A DNA stretch of 56,291 nucleotides, counting the filler, from Sphacelaria rigidula (taxonomy: Eukaryota): the NCBI GenBank assembly GCA_964200075.2. It is 7 parts of 7 records of this genome, joined end to end, with 100 filler letters (N's around TTAATTAATTAA, not from the genome) between each part and the next. Parts side by side here need not be neighbours in the genome. Positions count along the whole stretch, not along the records: positions 24,170 to 32,125 come from CAXNAA020012845.1; positions 32,226 to 40,181 come from CAXNAA020012846.1; 5 more parts are not named here. The stretch is one strand, 5' to 3'. The position numbers and the translations under genes were made by a program. The notes beneath the pieces are model-generated. The model was not told the DNA's origin and made no database searches. It saw only the letters and a list, made by a program, of their open reading frames with translations. Position 1 is the first letter of the stretch; each line of letters opens with the position of its first letter. Positions 24,216 through 37,692 of this stretch are shown one piece after another.

Positions 24216-25668
24216 ATTTGCGCACACACTTAACTTCCAGTACTCGTACGTCACCCCGATGCCCTGTTCCACGTAGATCCAGCATTACTGAGTATCTGAA
24301 TCACTCGAATACCCCCCCTGATCGGATACCTCAGCACTCAAAGCTCAAAAAACAATTAAGGGGGAAGCCCGGCCTTTCCGAGCAAAACCCCCATCACACA
24401 AACTCCACCGCTTGTGCTCAAAACCGAACAGCCCTTTTCTCGCAGACACTCAGGCCAGGGTACCTGCACTTGACAACGGGAAACGCCCTACAAACCCATG
24501 CCCCACAAAGTAGCGTGAGCGTCTTCACCCAACATTATTAGTGCAGATGTTTACGGAAACCATGACCTAAACCATCTAGAGCTGACAAATCGAAAGACGC
24601 ACACAAAATATTGAATGTGCCTACTCGCTGTATCCCCAATGTTCATCAAGGCACGACGATGCCTTTTTAAGAGTGTGATGGGGTGAAGCCGGGTGTATGA
24701 ACTGGCAAGGCAGGAGGACCAGACAAAAGGCCTCACAAACAATCTGTAAGGCAGAACAATCCTGTAGCGTACCAGATAACGATGACAGTGTTCCTTTATT
24801 CTTTATCCAAGGCATCAGAGTTAGTTTCACGCGTACGTATGGTAGTATATCTTCTTGGTCTCTGAATTCCTTGATCTCCTAAGTACTCTCAGTGCTCAAT
24901 CTCTCTCGCTCAATCAATCAGTCTCACCGAAGATGTGAGAGTTCCTTGCCGAGAGTCAAACGTAGTGATCTCCAAAGGCGATCCTATCGGTTATCATCCC
25001 TCGATTTATACGAGTCCATACACGTATCTGACCAATTCTAAACATATCTGCAGTTGAACTGAAATACAATGTAATCTAGCAATCTAGCTGGACCCGTCAA
25101 CAGGTCTGAGGCGGCACGACAACAGGCTGATATTCTCCTCATGACACTAAACCATCCAGACGAACCTTTATTACAGCTGCGAGGATTTATCCTCAAAAGC
25201 AGCAAAAACTAAGGTTTTTCTTTACTCGTCAAGTCATGAGCGGCTAATGAGGCACACCTTAGGAAACACCCCCGTACCCACACTCCCACACCTCAAAAGA
25301 AGGGAAACACAAACCGCTTCTGCGTGCTAGTGATCAACGAAGAAGCCTATATTGCTTCGGCGTCCTAGCAAAATGAAGGGCAAACCCTAGGAGGTACAAC
25401 AGGGAGCAGAGCGTCTACCTGGGGGATTCCAAAGAAAGCAAGACTGGCAAAACCAGTAGCGACCAACGCATGTTGGTCGGAAGCAATGGAATCGAAAACT
25501 GAAATCGGTGATCCAACGAGATCGAGCGCCCTCTGAGAGGGGGTGCTAGAGCTCTAGTAGTCGTAGATGATTGGTGGCTCCTATTAGTCTCCGATCGTAG
25601 TCCGATGAAAGTAGTCCTGTTGTGGATGTCGTAAAGTCGGGTCTTCGCGAAGAAGGGAGGGTAAAATA

Positions 25669-27900
25669 TCAAAGAAGGGAAGAAAGGTTGCAGTGAAGGG
25701 GCGTGGTCCAAAGCGGTGCGTGGACGTCGTGGGTGTGGTCGATGTTGCGCTGGATACCGCGTCGAAGACCTCTTGACTTGAGTCGCTGAAGGCACCAGGA
25801 TTCGTGTGGGGCAGATGGGCTGGTGGCGTATCGTGCTGGCCGAAGCTTGAGCTGGATGGGTCCAGGGTCATCGATGAAGTGCACGATGTATGTGTCGGCA
25901 GAAACCTGGTCAGCGGAGTTGGCCTGACCCAACCACCAGAGGTTGTCGCTGCCCTTGAACCAAAGGTAGCTGCCCTTGAGTAGTATTCGCTGATTTGCGA
26001 AGAACTTCGCCTTATACGTCTTGAGGGATGCAAGTTCGTAGTCATCGGCGACAAAGCGTAGTCCTTGATCGCGGTGAAGTTCGCCGGCTGCTGCGCCATG
26101 ACGCATGTTGAGATATTCCTTGTTGGGAGCAATATGTTGATGTTGGGATTGCATCCAGTACAGGAGAATTGCACGGCGGTGCAGTTGAAGGTCGGATTCG
26201 CGTTCCCAAGACGCTCTCCGAAGACTTTGCCAGTGTGTCTTATACATGACAGCAATTTCACCACCTCGACCACGAGTGATCTGCTGGCCAGAGACCGTGG
26301 ACACGGTCAATCAGAGGGGCTGTTCCGTCACGTCGTGGTTGTAACATAATGGGGCGGGAACTTGGTCGGGCAGCTGTTGAGAATGTACTGAGTGAGTCCG
26401 GCAGGCAAGTACTTGGGCATGTCGCCAGTATCATGCGGGTTCCTGCAGGGTTTGCATCTGTGCACGGAGACGCGGGGTTTGGTGTCCTTGCCCTGAAGGT
26501 CGCGAGGGAGGTCAAGGTAGAGTAGTTTGTCACCAACGGGTTCATCATCAGGTGATGATGGCGATGGTCCGACTGTCAGGATCTTGAATGGTCCTGTCCA
26601 ATTGAGGGACAATTTTGTCTTCAAAATTGTTTCGTTGGCTGCCTTGCTGATGCCTTGGCATATGGTCGACCAACTGTTGTAGATCCAAACCCAATCACCA
26701 ACTTTCCAGTTGGGGCATTCGTGCATGAGCTTGTAGAGAGCAGTGTCAGATCTCTCAAAGCAGTTGGGGAATTTGTGCATGTTGTTCGCGCACAAGTGTG
26801 AACGCTTTGCGTTGTCGTGAATGCGCTAGCTCGTGATAGGATATCTGATCCTGATCCAATCCTTGGTGGCCATTGAACGTGTGTCGCCCAAACACGGTGA
26901 TGGGCAGCGGAGGGTAACGTCCACGATGGAGTTCGTTCGGGGGAAGGCCTGTGGCAGCGTTAACTGAGTTGCTGTAGGAAAACATGATGTACGAGAGGTG
27001 TAGGTCCCAGTCATTTTGGCGGCCATTGGCGACCACAGAGAACATCTGAGCCATGGTGTGATTAACTCTTTTGGTATCACCGTTGCCATTAGGGTGGTAG
27101 GCGCTCGTGGCAATTCTGCGGATGCCCAGGAGTTTGTAAAGCTCATCACAGGGATCTGTTCGAAATTGCTGACCATTGTGTGAAAGGGGTCGTTTCGGGC
27201 AACCGTAGTGCGTAATGTAGTCGTGGACCAATATATTGGCCGTTCCGACAGCAGTGAAATCTGAAGCGGTTACCGCGTACATGGACGCGTCGCGGCTGAA
27301 GCGACCAGTGAAGAGTAGTCAAAGGACACAAGGTGGCCCGGAACGTTAGGGAGTCCCATAGAGATGACGGGCCAGCGTACTGTCTGCCGTGAACTTTTCC
27401 GAGCTTGGCATTTGAAGCATCGCCTAATCCAGAAGCGGGTGGAAATTTCCATGCCAACCCACCAGTAGGAGCGTTCCAAGAGCGCTAGGGTGAGGGTGAC
27501 GCCAAGGTGACATGAAAAGTCTGTGTGACAGCCTTTCATGACCCAGGGGCGCATTAATATTGGGACATATATGCGCGTTGGTTTGTCATCGATTAGTCGT
27601 GCGTGGCGTCCCATCGTCGAGACAGAAATTGCGCCCGTCAAAGGCGTGGAGCGACGCACGAGAAATTGTACGCCTTCATCCGCAGTAAAAATGGTGTCTT
27701 TATGCACGAGTTCGTATACGTCAGAGGTATCTGGAGATGGCAGTGTGCCAACTGTGGCCAGATGGGCGGATGGAAAAGGGATTGGACAGTCAAGCTGTAA
27801 GTACCGGATGGCTGCGCGACATAAAGGTTCCGCGTTTTGTTCGCGAGCCCAATCGTGGAGAGAAGAGCTGTCGAGAAACTCGCGTAGCTGACCTTCTACT
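25669..27900 (-). mobile_element. Ty3/Gypsy retrotransposon integrase region (degenerate) with chromodomain
   Basis: HHCC zinc finger (CHTDFSCHLG...CFKCQARK), rve core (YGCPKRPLSHNGQQF; SAYHPNGNGDTKRVN), GPY/F motif (LNWTGPFKI) and chromodomain (VMYKTHWQSLRRASWERESDL). Several frameshifts. Confidence 0.92.
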
Positions 27901-29064
27901 GAAGTGTTACAGATTTATTGGCCATTGGCCAGTCCATTAGGTCCCCATGTGTCATACTTTGTCATGCTTGGTACCTGATGGGTCATACTACATTGTGGTT
28001 GGATCGAGCCGGCTGCCCCCATCTGTCACAGCGTTTTGGACTATGCATCTCAACTAGCAAAGCACAAGTTAGCCTGTACGCCAATGATAGAAGAACATCT
28101 ACGCCATCACGGACTGCGGTATCAGAGGGTTCTCTGGTCTTCACAAGTGTAAGCCTGACCTTCATGCAACACATGTTGTCTTGCAGCCTGCGCGGCCCAC
28201 GGCATGCCACCTGGCCACTGGTGCGGTGGCTGACTCTACACTTGGTAACGTCGAGCTCAATGGCTTCGACACTAGTGATTGTGTTTGGGCCCGCTAGCCC
28301 CCGGTGCCCACTGAACTGGCACCTTCCTACCTAGGTGGTGAGTATTGAACCGTGACATGGTGTCCAATGCCGTGCTTGTGTAGAGTCAACACTGGCATGC
28401 TCCGACCACAAACTTTCGGAGGGGAGGGTTTTTTGGCGTGTGGGTCGGATGCGGTAAACTTTTACTTCTTTTATATAGAGTAAATAGTGTGCCGGTTAAC
28501 AAATTGTAGTGTCCACAGCGTATCTTACCTGCAACATCATTTAGCATGTAGTAGACAGTGCTTTTGAAGTTCACGACTTGGTGTCACTGGGATGTTTGGA
28601 GAGTATGTACAGTGTACTATGAGAGCATGTACAGTGTACTATGATGGTATGCTGCTTCGGCTCTTCGCACTCTTTTGTTCTGTCTACCTATCATACGCAC
28701 GTTGAGCATAAATAGTTGAGCGTGGGCTATGTAGTTTGTTTTGCTCCGTGGGTGCCCTGTGCTCCGTACCCGCCGCATTGCACTTCGTTAGATGCAACCC
28801 ACGCAGAGCGCCACCAGCGGCTTTATGCACGAGCTCATCCGAGATGGTTCATCAGCACGCGCTACAATCTCTCATCTTGAACGAGCCCAACAGACACTGA
28901 TGATGTCCAAAGCAAAAGCGAAATGACCTAGCCGATATAATTTGATGAAAGGCAATACGGTCGAGAACGAGAATTGTACGAGTTCAACGAACCAGAGGGT
29001 CTACAATTACTTCCGGGCGTTTCGGGACATCAGGCTCCAGACAGCTGCGGAAGCTGTGCAGCCG

Positions 29065-29254
29065 CGATGTTGTTGTCTGTTGTTGTTGTTGTTGCTGTTG
29101 TTATGTGCTGCTGTTCGTCGCTGCCGTGCCGCCGCTGTGTGTTGCTGCTACTCGCCGCACGGCTGTGCTGTTTTTCGTCGCTGTTTTTCGTCGCTGCCGC
29201 GCCGCTGCTGTGTGTTGTTGGCTGTTGCTGCTGTGTGTTTTTGGTTGTTGTTGC

Positions 29255-29326
<72 letters not shown>

Positions 29327-29512
29327 GGTTGTTGTCGTTTGTTGTTTCTGGCTTGTTGCTTGTTGCTTGTTGCTTGTTGCTTGTTGTCTGTTGTCTGTTG
29401 TCTGTTGTCTGTTGTCTGTTGTCTGTTGTCGTTGTTGTCTATTATTACTGTTGTTGTTGTTGTTGTTGTTGTTGTTGTGGTGGTGGTGGTTGTCTGTTGT
29501 TGCTGCTATTGC

Positions 29513-29543
<31 letters not shown>

Positions 29544-29630
29544 TCGTTGCTATTGCGGCTGCTGCTACTGTTTCCACCGTGCCATCTGCTACCCTGGTTT
29601 GCTGTTGTTGTCCCGCTTGTTGTGTTGTTT
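29065..29630. repeat. Compound (GTT)n/(GCT)n microsatellite tract
   Basis: Long perfect GTT runs at ~29257-29325 and 29449-29477 with GCT and TGTCTGT variants. This explains the spurious poly-L/V/C ORFs. Confidence 0.95.
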
Positions 29631-32600
29631 TTGCCTCTACTGCCTACTGTCGGCTGTACGTTTCTGGCTTGCTATCGCATCGCATGCTGTCATATGTACG
29701 CGTATTTCACGCTCTCATGTTTCCATCATTTTGTACCTTGCTGAACGCACATTTTTTGTCATTATCGCCTGCATTTTATCACCTTCGCCTGACCTACACT
29801 GTTACCCATAATATCACCGCTGTACCTAACCAGCAATGATCGTGTTCCAGGCATTCTCCATATTATTTTGGTATTTTTGTTGCATATTGAATTGGGAAAA
29901 TCAACCCACCATGACCAGTATGTAATTTTCATTTTTATTGTGGCCATGGGGATTTGTGAAATGCACGTGGGGTAAAGCTTCCAATTTTTTCGGTCTTGAT
30001 TGATTTTTTTCATCATGCATTCCAATATTTTCTGCATCTCCGGGTGTCGTGTCTACCATAACTTTCTTTCGAGCCACCCAATTGTATGGCGTGTTTTATA
30101 TATTTGCGCCGCCGTCGTCTTGCTCTGTAGAGCTGCACGATTTTTCATTTCATGCGTTGGTAAATTTGTTTTGTGTTTGGCAATCGTGATGTTTTTTCTT
30201 TTGGCCGTGCGGGTGTAGGCTATCTGTAGGGCCTTGTGTGTTGCGCTGCCTGTACTCATCATGCTTGAGCAGGATTCCGCTTGTAATCGTTTCATCTATC
30301 TGGTTCGCAAGGCCGAAACGCCGAATTTACCGCCCGGCACACGACATTTCGATCTGCGTCACGTGGTATAGAACCGAGCCATATCTTCACGGACTCCAAG
30401 ACTTTCAACGTATACTAACCGTGACCTCTATTACTTCCTCCCTTGTTTCACCTACACTCTTGTCATGGGTGTGTGGCATCCCGATGAGGGAACCGGCGCT
30501 GAACATGATTGCTTTGGGGAGGACACGCAGGAAACACTGAACGGTTTGCTTATGACGGTATGTTCCGGCGTGGAGTATCAGCAATCTGGTTTTGTTCAGC
30601 AAATCCCGTTTACCTTTTTGTAGGATTCTGGTGGCAGGGTTATTGCCTTGGTGTCACTAAACATGATCTCCATTTTTTCTCCACTCTGGTGATCGATTGT
30701 ATGGTTTGCTATTCAACAGGTTGACTTCTTGACGCACCCTGTGCCGCACTTGGATATCCCCTTGTTCCTCCGCGGTACCGCAGTTGGATACTACATTGTT
30801 CAGTTGCTTCAAACTTGGTTTCCGATATTATGCTGCCACTCATCTTCCCGTGCATCACCTTGCCATTACTTATTCAGTACGCAGACGTACGTTGTTTCCC
30901 TATTTTGCTTTTTTGCCCTTCATGCTCAGTGTACCATGCAAGTTGACTGCGCGACTATATATCTTGTCTTTGACAGTTCTCACAGGCCCTACACATAGTT
31001 TTCAGACACTCGTTTTGCTGATGTGGTCGCTGCACCCCCTTGGGGGGGCGAAGTACGAGCTCCTACTGTCTTGATGGTTGCTGTGCAGCGTGCACACCCT
31101 TTGCCACAAAACAACGCGGCCTCTCACCATAAGAACGCCGCATGATCAGAGAAGAAATGCACAAGCTTCTTGACCGGGGTATTGCCCACCCAACTTTCCC
31201 CGGCAACGTTTGTCGACTACACGATTATATGTTTGGTATAAATCGCCAAATTCGCCAAATGTATCTTTACTGCAGAGTCTGACAAGTTCCTTATCGGGTT
31301 GATCAATAATACCGGCATAAAACCAGCCCCCTCCGAACGCATCACAATTGCTCAGAGATCACGTCCATACATTCGAAAAACTACGTTCGTTTCTGGACCC
31401 AGTGGACACCTTGGACAGTTTGTCCAGGAGCGTAGCATCCTAGTCGCCGCGCTGACCGATATTCTAAAAAAGTAGGAAAGCCAACAGTATTGCTACACGA
31501 TGTAGGTAAACGCGCGCTCTCCTTTTACTGTCAAAATAATGTGCCGTACAACTGCAGCAAGACTCCACTACCGCAATCCAGTCGTCTCATAATGGCTCAG
31601 CTAGGATATGGCATACGAACTAGTGACTCGCCCAATGACCATCAATGTACAACTCATGCGTGTGAGATCACGTTTCTTGTCATTTCTGTGCTTTGTCTCC
31701 GTATATTTTGTACAACGTACCTCATTAGTATATTTGTATTCAGCATGCCTTGTCTAGTTTTCATTTTTGCCATGATTATGTCTACGGTTTCACAGGATTC
31801 GAGAACCTAGGGGGACGGCTGCTGAAAAGGTTACAGAATTGTACAAATCTTGGCCCCAGAGAGGGTACGTTTCACGCACGCTCTTGCGCAATCGTACCCT
31901 ACCCGACGACCCGACGCCATGCTACCGTCTGACACGTTTCCCTTCGAGCGGTGGACTGGCCGTAAACATTACACACGTACCACCGCTGTCTCAATAGTAA
32001 GAAGTTCCTTCCATATCCGCCCACCCCATCCGAAACACCTCATACCCGAAGTGTTTGCGTCCCACCTTGAGGGGGACCAAACTGGAACGCCACACCCACA
32101 TTCCACCTGACCCCTGAATTTGTCCNNNNNNNNNNNNNNNNNNNNNNNNNNNNNNNNNNNNNNNNNNNNTTAATTAATTAANNNNNNNNNNNNNNNNNNN
32201 NNNNNNNNNNNNNNNNNNNNNNNNNCCGATTTTTTTGCCGTAGTTGTTGTCTTCTCTTAAATTTTGTTTTGTCTTCTTTTCTTTTCGCCTCGTCCTTTGT
32301 GTTCGACTTTTTCGTGTTCAATGGGTACTTTTCTTGGGTACTTCTGGGTTCATCTGGCGAAGTACAAGTGACGATCGTTCCATTTCTGACCCCGAATCTG
32401 GAACCTTGAACCTCCGTCCTCCGCGCCGTACATTCACTACCATTCCGTCCACCGGAACAGTTGCCACAAGTTGATTATGTCTTCATTTGTTTTTCGTTGT
32501 ACGCACATCTTGTCTTGCTTTGTTATTACATGGTCTTTATCTTTGATTTTATTTCGACGGAAGAGTTTCCGGAGCAAGCGCTAGCCATACCTGACGCGTA

Positions 32601-35522
32601 CGTCTGGAACATTTGCGCTTTTGTTCAATCGCTCTGCACGCGCGTGCCGCCTCCCTCTTCGGGACCAGTCATGACATGTCCTTTTTTTTGTGTCATATGT
32701 TGTCGGTATTCTTTATTTATTTTATTTTATATTTTGCCTTTCGGTTGAGAGTTTTAGGAGCGAGCGCTGCATATACCTGACCTCCCCGTCTGTAATAATT
32801 GCGCTCTTGCGCAACCGCTCCGTACACGCATACCGCTCCCCCCTGCAGGATTGGTAATAACGTGTCCCCTTTTTGTGTGCGTACTACGTTGATTTTATAT
32901 TTACATGGGTTACCTGAAATGTTTTGACCTTCTTGGCTGAAATGTTTTGACCCCGCTTGCTTCATACACAAGATAACCGCTCCCGTTTACAAGGACGGTT
33001 GCACGTGTTGTTTTCCTGCCCTGTGTTGCGGATTTTCGTTTTCGCTGTTGCCAAGCGTGCCCCTGGTTATTTGTTCTGGTTTTGGTTTCTGCGTCCATGT
33101 CGGGAATTTCACCACGAGTGTTCCAATGTTTCTGATCCTCGAGTCTAGAACACTTGGCCTACTTTTCTTTTGCGAACCCCTGCCGCATGTGACCGACCTC
33201 GTTTATAAGAGGGTCATGGGTAATGCGACGCGATGATGTATACTTTGGTGATGGATGAGTTATATCGAGGCCACCACTGGCAGCGTCATACATTGCGGTG
33301 TTGAAGAATTGTTATTGAAGTCGCGGTAAGATCGGTTGCAAACATCTCCTCATACAGGACCCTCACGTATCATGATGAGGTAGGTCGCTCTTTCGGAACT
33401 GTCCGTTCCGCTATGTCGATATTCCACCCTTGGTACAGCCTACAGGCTCAGATTCCGCCACTCGCTATTTTTTTTCTGTCACCTTTACGGGTTTTTGCGT
33501 ACAATTACCCGCCCCTGAAATTGGTTGGTGGTGTTTTGTTTTTATCAGGGATCATTGGACGAAGTAACGTGACGGTATGACCGGCTGTGCGTTTTACTCC
33601 AGTTTGTGTTCGGGCCAGTCTCGTTTTAGTCCGAACGGGCAAATACTGTGAAGAGTCGTCTGCGTTGGTCCTGTCTGTCCTGTGTATCTGTCGTGGTTCA
33701 GAAATGTGTTGGGTGATCCGCCTCGGAAATACGCAGTAGGCCCGAAGGTTGTGTATTGTCCACCACGTTTCTTTTGACGTGTACGGACACCTGACCTCAC
33801 AAACCGATCAGTTGTTCTCGTATCGTCCTGTGAAAAAAAAAAAAATTCTGTACGACTGGACCATCAACCAGACGTCCCCAGCAAGTCGTTCTCGCAAACA
33901 GGTACCGACAATTAACTCAAATCAAACGAGTTGATTTGTCCGTATCGTTCTATTTTATTTTATTTTATCAACGTATGGTTTTCGCGGGAAACTACCATTT
34001 CCGCGACGAACTCGGCTGTACGTTGTTTGCTTTTACTGATTGACTGGGACGAGTGATTAGCATGGACTTGGTTCTCGAAGTGATATAATGCCTTGGCGGG
34101 CTTGCTTGTTTTTCTACCAATGACCCAAAATAAATCGGACATTCGGAAAAGAGCGAAGTATTTATTCATGATATAGTTATGGCAGGGTAGGATAACCGTT
34201 TCAATGGTTGGTCTCTGATTTCCTGTATCTATCACGGAAACGCTTACAACATTCTGGAGACACTGCATTTTATGGATATGGTTTGATTGTTGTTTTGGGG
34301 TCTTATTTATTTATTTATTTTCATTTTTTATTTCCCATGACGCCGTCTGAAGACTCACGGAACATGAGGACACCGAATCATTATATCGGTTCGAGTGTTG
34401 GCCAGTTACTGATTTTTTTGTGTTGATCGCCCCTTCCCGTTTTTCGTACCCAAGAGGACTCGATCTTCAGATGGAGTCTCAATTTTCTGTGGTGTGGAAG
34501 AGGTGTGGCTCGATGCAAGTTCGTCCCTTCTGAAAAGCGACTGCACGTGAACAGATCCTTGTGGATATGCAGACAGTCCCAAGAAACGACCAGCGGGTAT
34601 GGAAGGATTTTAGTCGAATGTGTGTTTGTATTGTTGTCGCAGCGGGTTGAAGGTAAAAGGATTTTACCCGATTAGCCGCGTGTACCTGCTGCTACTACAG
34701 CTTTTGCTTGGCTTGAGGTACAGTGCGCCACGTGGAGTGGTATTTATATGACAAGATTGTATGCGTAGCTAGGAATGTTTGAGGGTGATCGTGTGCCGCA
34801 TCGCCCACGCAGGCCACTTGCGATCCACCTGTCAAAGAAAGACCTACCGTAGAACTAATCACAAGAAGTACCATCAGCTTTTCATCTTTTCTGCGCGACG
34901 TCTCCCCTCCTGCCGGCAAGCTGTGACGAGCTATAACACGAGGAAGTCACAAGTACTATAACCCCTTGATATCACAGTGGTGTTTCCTTTTCAGAAAGAG
35001 CTCGGTGCTTACTTTCAACTACAGCTGTCTACTGTTGACGAGTGCCTTTGTGTGAGAAAAACATACGGTTTGAGTGTAACAAGTCGGAAACAGGATCGCC
35101 AGTCTACACCCCACAAGGGTGTGGCTAGCTTGCGTTCGGTGTATACGGCACTACTGCTTACGGTTATTGCCTATACTTCCACACAGTCACATCATATCAC
35201 ACTAGCCTCCAATGGGTAAAACAATCGCAGGGGAACGCAGTGAAACGAGGTTGCTTTACCCACACATTCCATTCCCCCACACCAGTGAGAAAAACAAAAG
35301 ATACCATGATAAGAAGAAAGTGTGAAACACAATGAGGTGGGAGTACTGTGACGGGGGCTAAGTGGGCGACACGATATATGGAAGAAAAGAAAAAAATATC
35401 CGAAGGGTGTGAAAACGCAAGAATCGGCACATCTCAAAAAAATAGCGCCAGAAGCTACGAAATATCCGGGAATACGGGACAAATCCGCCATAAAAAAAAA
35501 CGAAAACTGAAGCAGCGAAAAA

Positions 35523-35578
35523 ACAACAAACAAACAAACAAACAAACAAACAAACAAACAAACAAACAAACAAACAAG
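35523..35578. repeat. (AAAC)n microsatellite
   Basis: Direct reading. Confidence 0.95.
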
Positions 35579-36106
35579 CAACACGGTAGTCCATATGCTA
35601 CAAAATCCTGATATGAACCTTGACTGCTATCATGCGACGGGGAAATCATGTTTCAATAGACGTCCAGTTCCGCCGTCAGAGTTTGTTAAGCAGCCCGCCA
35701 AGGCGTTTCACAGTACCGGGGAAGCACAAACGATCGTACACTTCGTTCATCAGGAGAACGCGACGGTGTTGAATGCCCAAGCGGGAAAAGAAAATCGCTG
35801 AGCGAAAGACACCGGAAACCAAAATCAACATGCAGCCGTGAGGCAACATGATGCACCAACGTGACGATGAAGGGCGGCCCATCGAATTGAAAGGGTGCCC
35901 ATATCGTCCCACAAAGCGTCAACGAATAACACACAACCGTAGGACATGAATCCGAGGCGGGTAATCCGATGCATTCGTGGTGAACCACGGCAAGTACACA
36001 GAAAGAGGGGTCGATGCGGTCCGCTCTTAGATACATGCCCGTTCAGACGAGAAAATCGAGAGGGTGGGCATACATACGGGAGGATAAACTCCCGCTGAGC
36101 ACATCA

Positions 36107-36357
36107 GACACTTTCTACGATAGCCCCCCCCCCCAAAACCAGCCAAACGTGTGACGAACAAAATGGCCATACAGCGCCTGGTGTTTGGGTTCAGGCTGCA
36201 TGAAGCGCCTCATATTAGCGACATCGGCTAGAAAGAACCCAAGCGTGGGAATTCCCAGTTGCTCGTTTGAGCTCAGCTTTTCCCACTTCGATTTCCGTCA
36301 AGATTTTGCCTCCGAAAACCATGCACTTTTTTGGGGGGGGGTATCGTAGAAAGTCTC
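36107..36357. mobile_element. ~250-bp MITE, TIR GACACTTTCTACGATAGC, 4-bp TSD ATCA
   Basis: ATCA|GACACTTTCTACGATAG...TATCGTAGAAAGTCTC|ATCA. A homologous copy lies at 54200-54448. Confidence 0.88.
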
Positions 36358-36908
36358 ATCAACGCGATAATTCGCCAGCAATAACCCTACAACAGAAACG
36401 AACCACCGTACTGAGATCCGAAGCGACGGACCGGGTGTACGACCTCGAGACTGCGAAAAACAGAACGATCTTTTCTTTTTGTTTCGGCGGACTGTTGTAG
36501 CAACGGAACTGAACATAATCCAAGAGAAGAGAAATATCCCCGAACATGGGATACCTGATACAGCGAGCAATTACACAGAATATGCGACGGTACTTAAGGA
36601 GAGGGCTTGTTGGACACGCAACACATAACCCGGTCATCGAAAGCCGACGTGGATTCAGCTGTAAAAAAACCCAAAAAACACACACACACAAAACAAAGAA
36701 AAGAGTAGGGGGCAAACGAATAACAGGGTACGCCGAAAGAACCAGTCCGTTGGAGAGGTTGATGGCGGACGTGGTTGGACAATCGCACACACCGGGTATG
36801 TGCCCCGGGAAGGGGTTGGTACGGGGCGTGTTGGAGAATATCAACGGGGTGCGTCGGCCGCCTCCGAATACAAAAGGAAAACAAAAGACAAAAACAAGGA
36901 ATATATGG

Positions 36909-37156
36909 GAGTCATCCTACGATAGGGGGGGGGTATTTGATTGCACGAAAAAGGAGGCTCAAAAGTGTGTCAAACGACCTGCCGCACTCGCGGTGCGCTT
37001 GTATTTGGTTCAAAACGGTGTCAATCGGAATGAACGAGCGTTATTTATCTATAACAAGCTCGTTCGAGCAACCATTGCTCCTTTCAAGGACGATTTGACT
37101 TGGGATTTCGTACAAGAAGTGGCACAAAATTTCCCCTCCCTATCGTAGGATGACTC
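36909..37156. mobile_element. ~250-bp MITE, TIR GAGTCATCCTACGATAGGG, probable 4-bp TSD (ATGG/AGGG)
   Basis: Perfect 19-bp inverted ends. Another end of this family lies at 24170-24215. Confidence 0.85.
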
Positions 37157-37692
37157 AGGGGACCATGCAAGGTAGGAAGAAAGGGAAACAGGGTAAAACA
37201 AAAAAATTGAAGACAAAGAAAAACAGAGAAAAGTAAAATGAAGAGTAAGAAAACAAGAGCTAACAAAACGGAAAAGAAACACAAAAGCTGCATACAGGAA
37301 CAGGCATACGCGGCAACGCTTCACTACAAAACACCGACATACGCGGCTACTGGGTACTGCCGAGGGAAACGTGGGCAACCGGGCTACACGTTGTTCAAGG
37401 AAACGAGACCACGATAGGGCAAGGGGAAGCAGGAACAAAACAACAAAAAAACAACACGACGAGACCAGGGGGACTACGATGGGTGGTAGGGACAAACGCA
37501 GACAACCGACTCGCAACGGTACTTGAGGAAACGACACCAACGACAAGACAAGGAAAAATAAATAAATCAGGGGGGATTCCAAAGAATACGAACAACATCG
37601 GAAGAAACGCAATCTCGCCATCAAGATTATTCCGTGTCCCACGCCGTGTCGGGGTTGCGGAAGACAGCTGTGTCGATGCCCCCTTTGTCGTG

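Noticed and set aside
24216..25410. 3' LTR of the Gypsy element
   Set aside because: The position is plausible, but there is no second LTR copy, PPT or clear TG...CA boundary visible.
28942..29839. Three long ORFs (244-289 aa) rich in L, V and C
   Set aside because: They are translations of GTT/GCT microsatellites.
34440..34620. Minus-strand KILPYPLVVSWDCLH..FTCS as another SWIM-like remnant
   Set aside because: The Cys/His ligands are not intact, so it is too weak to call.
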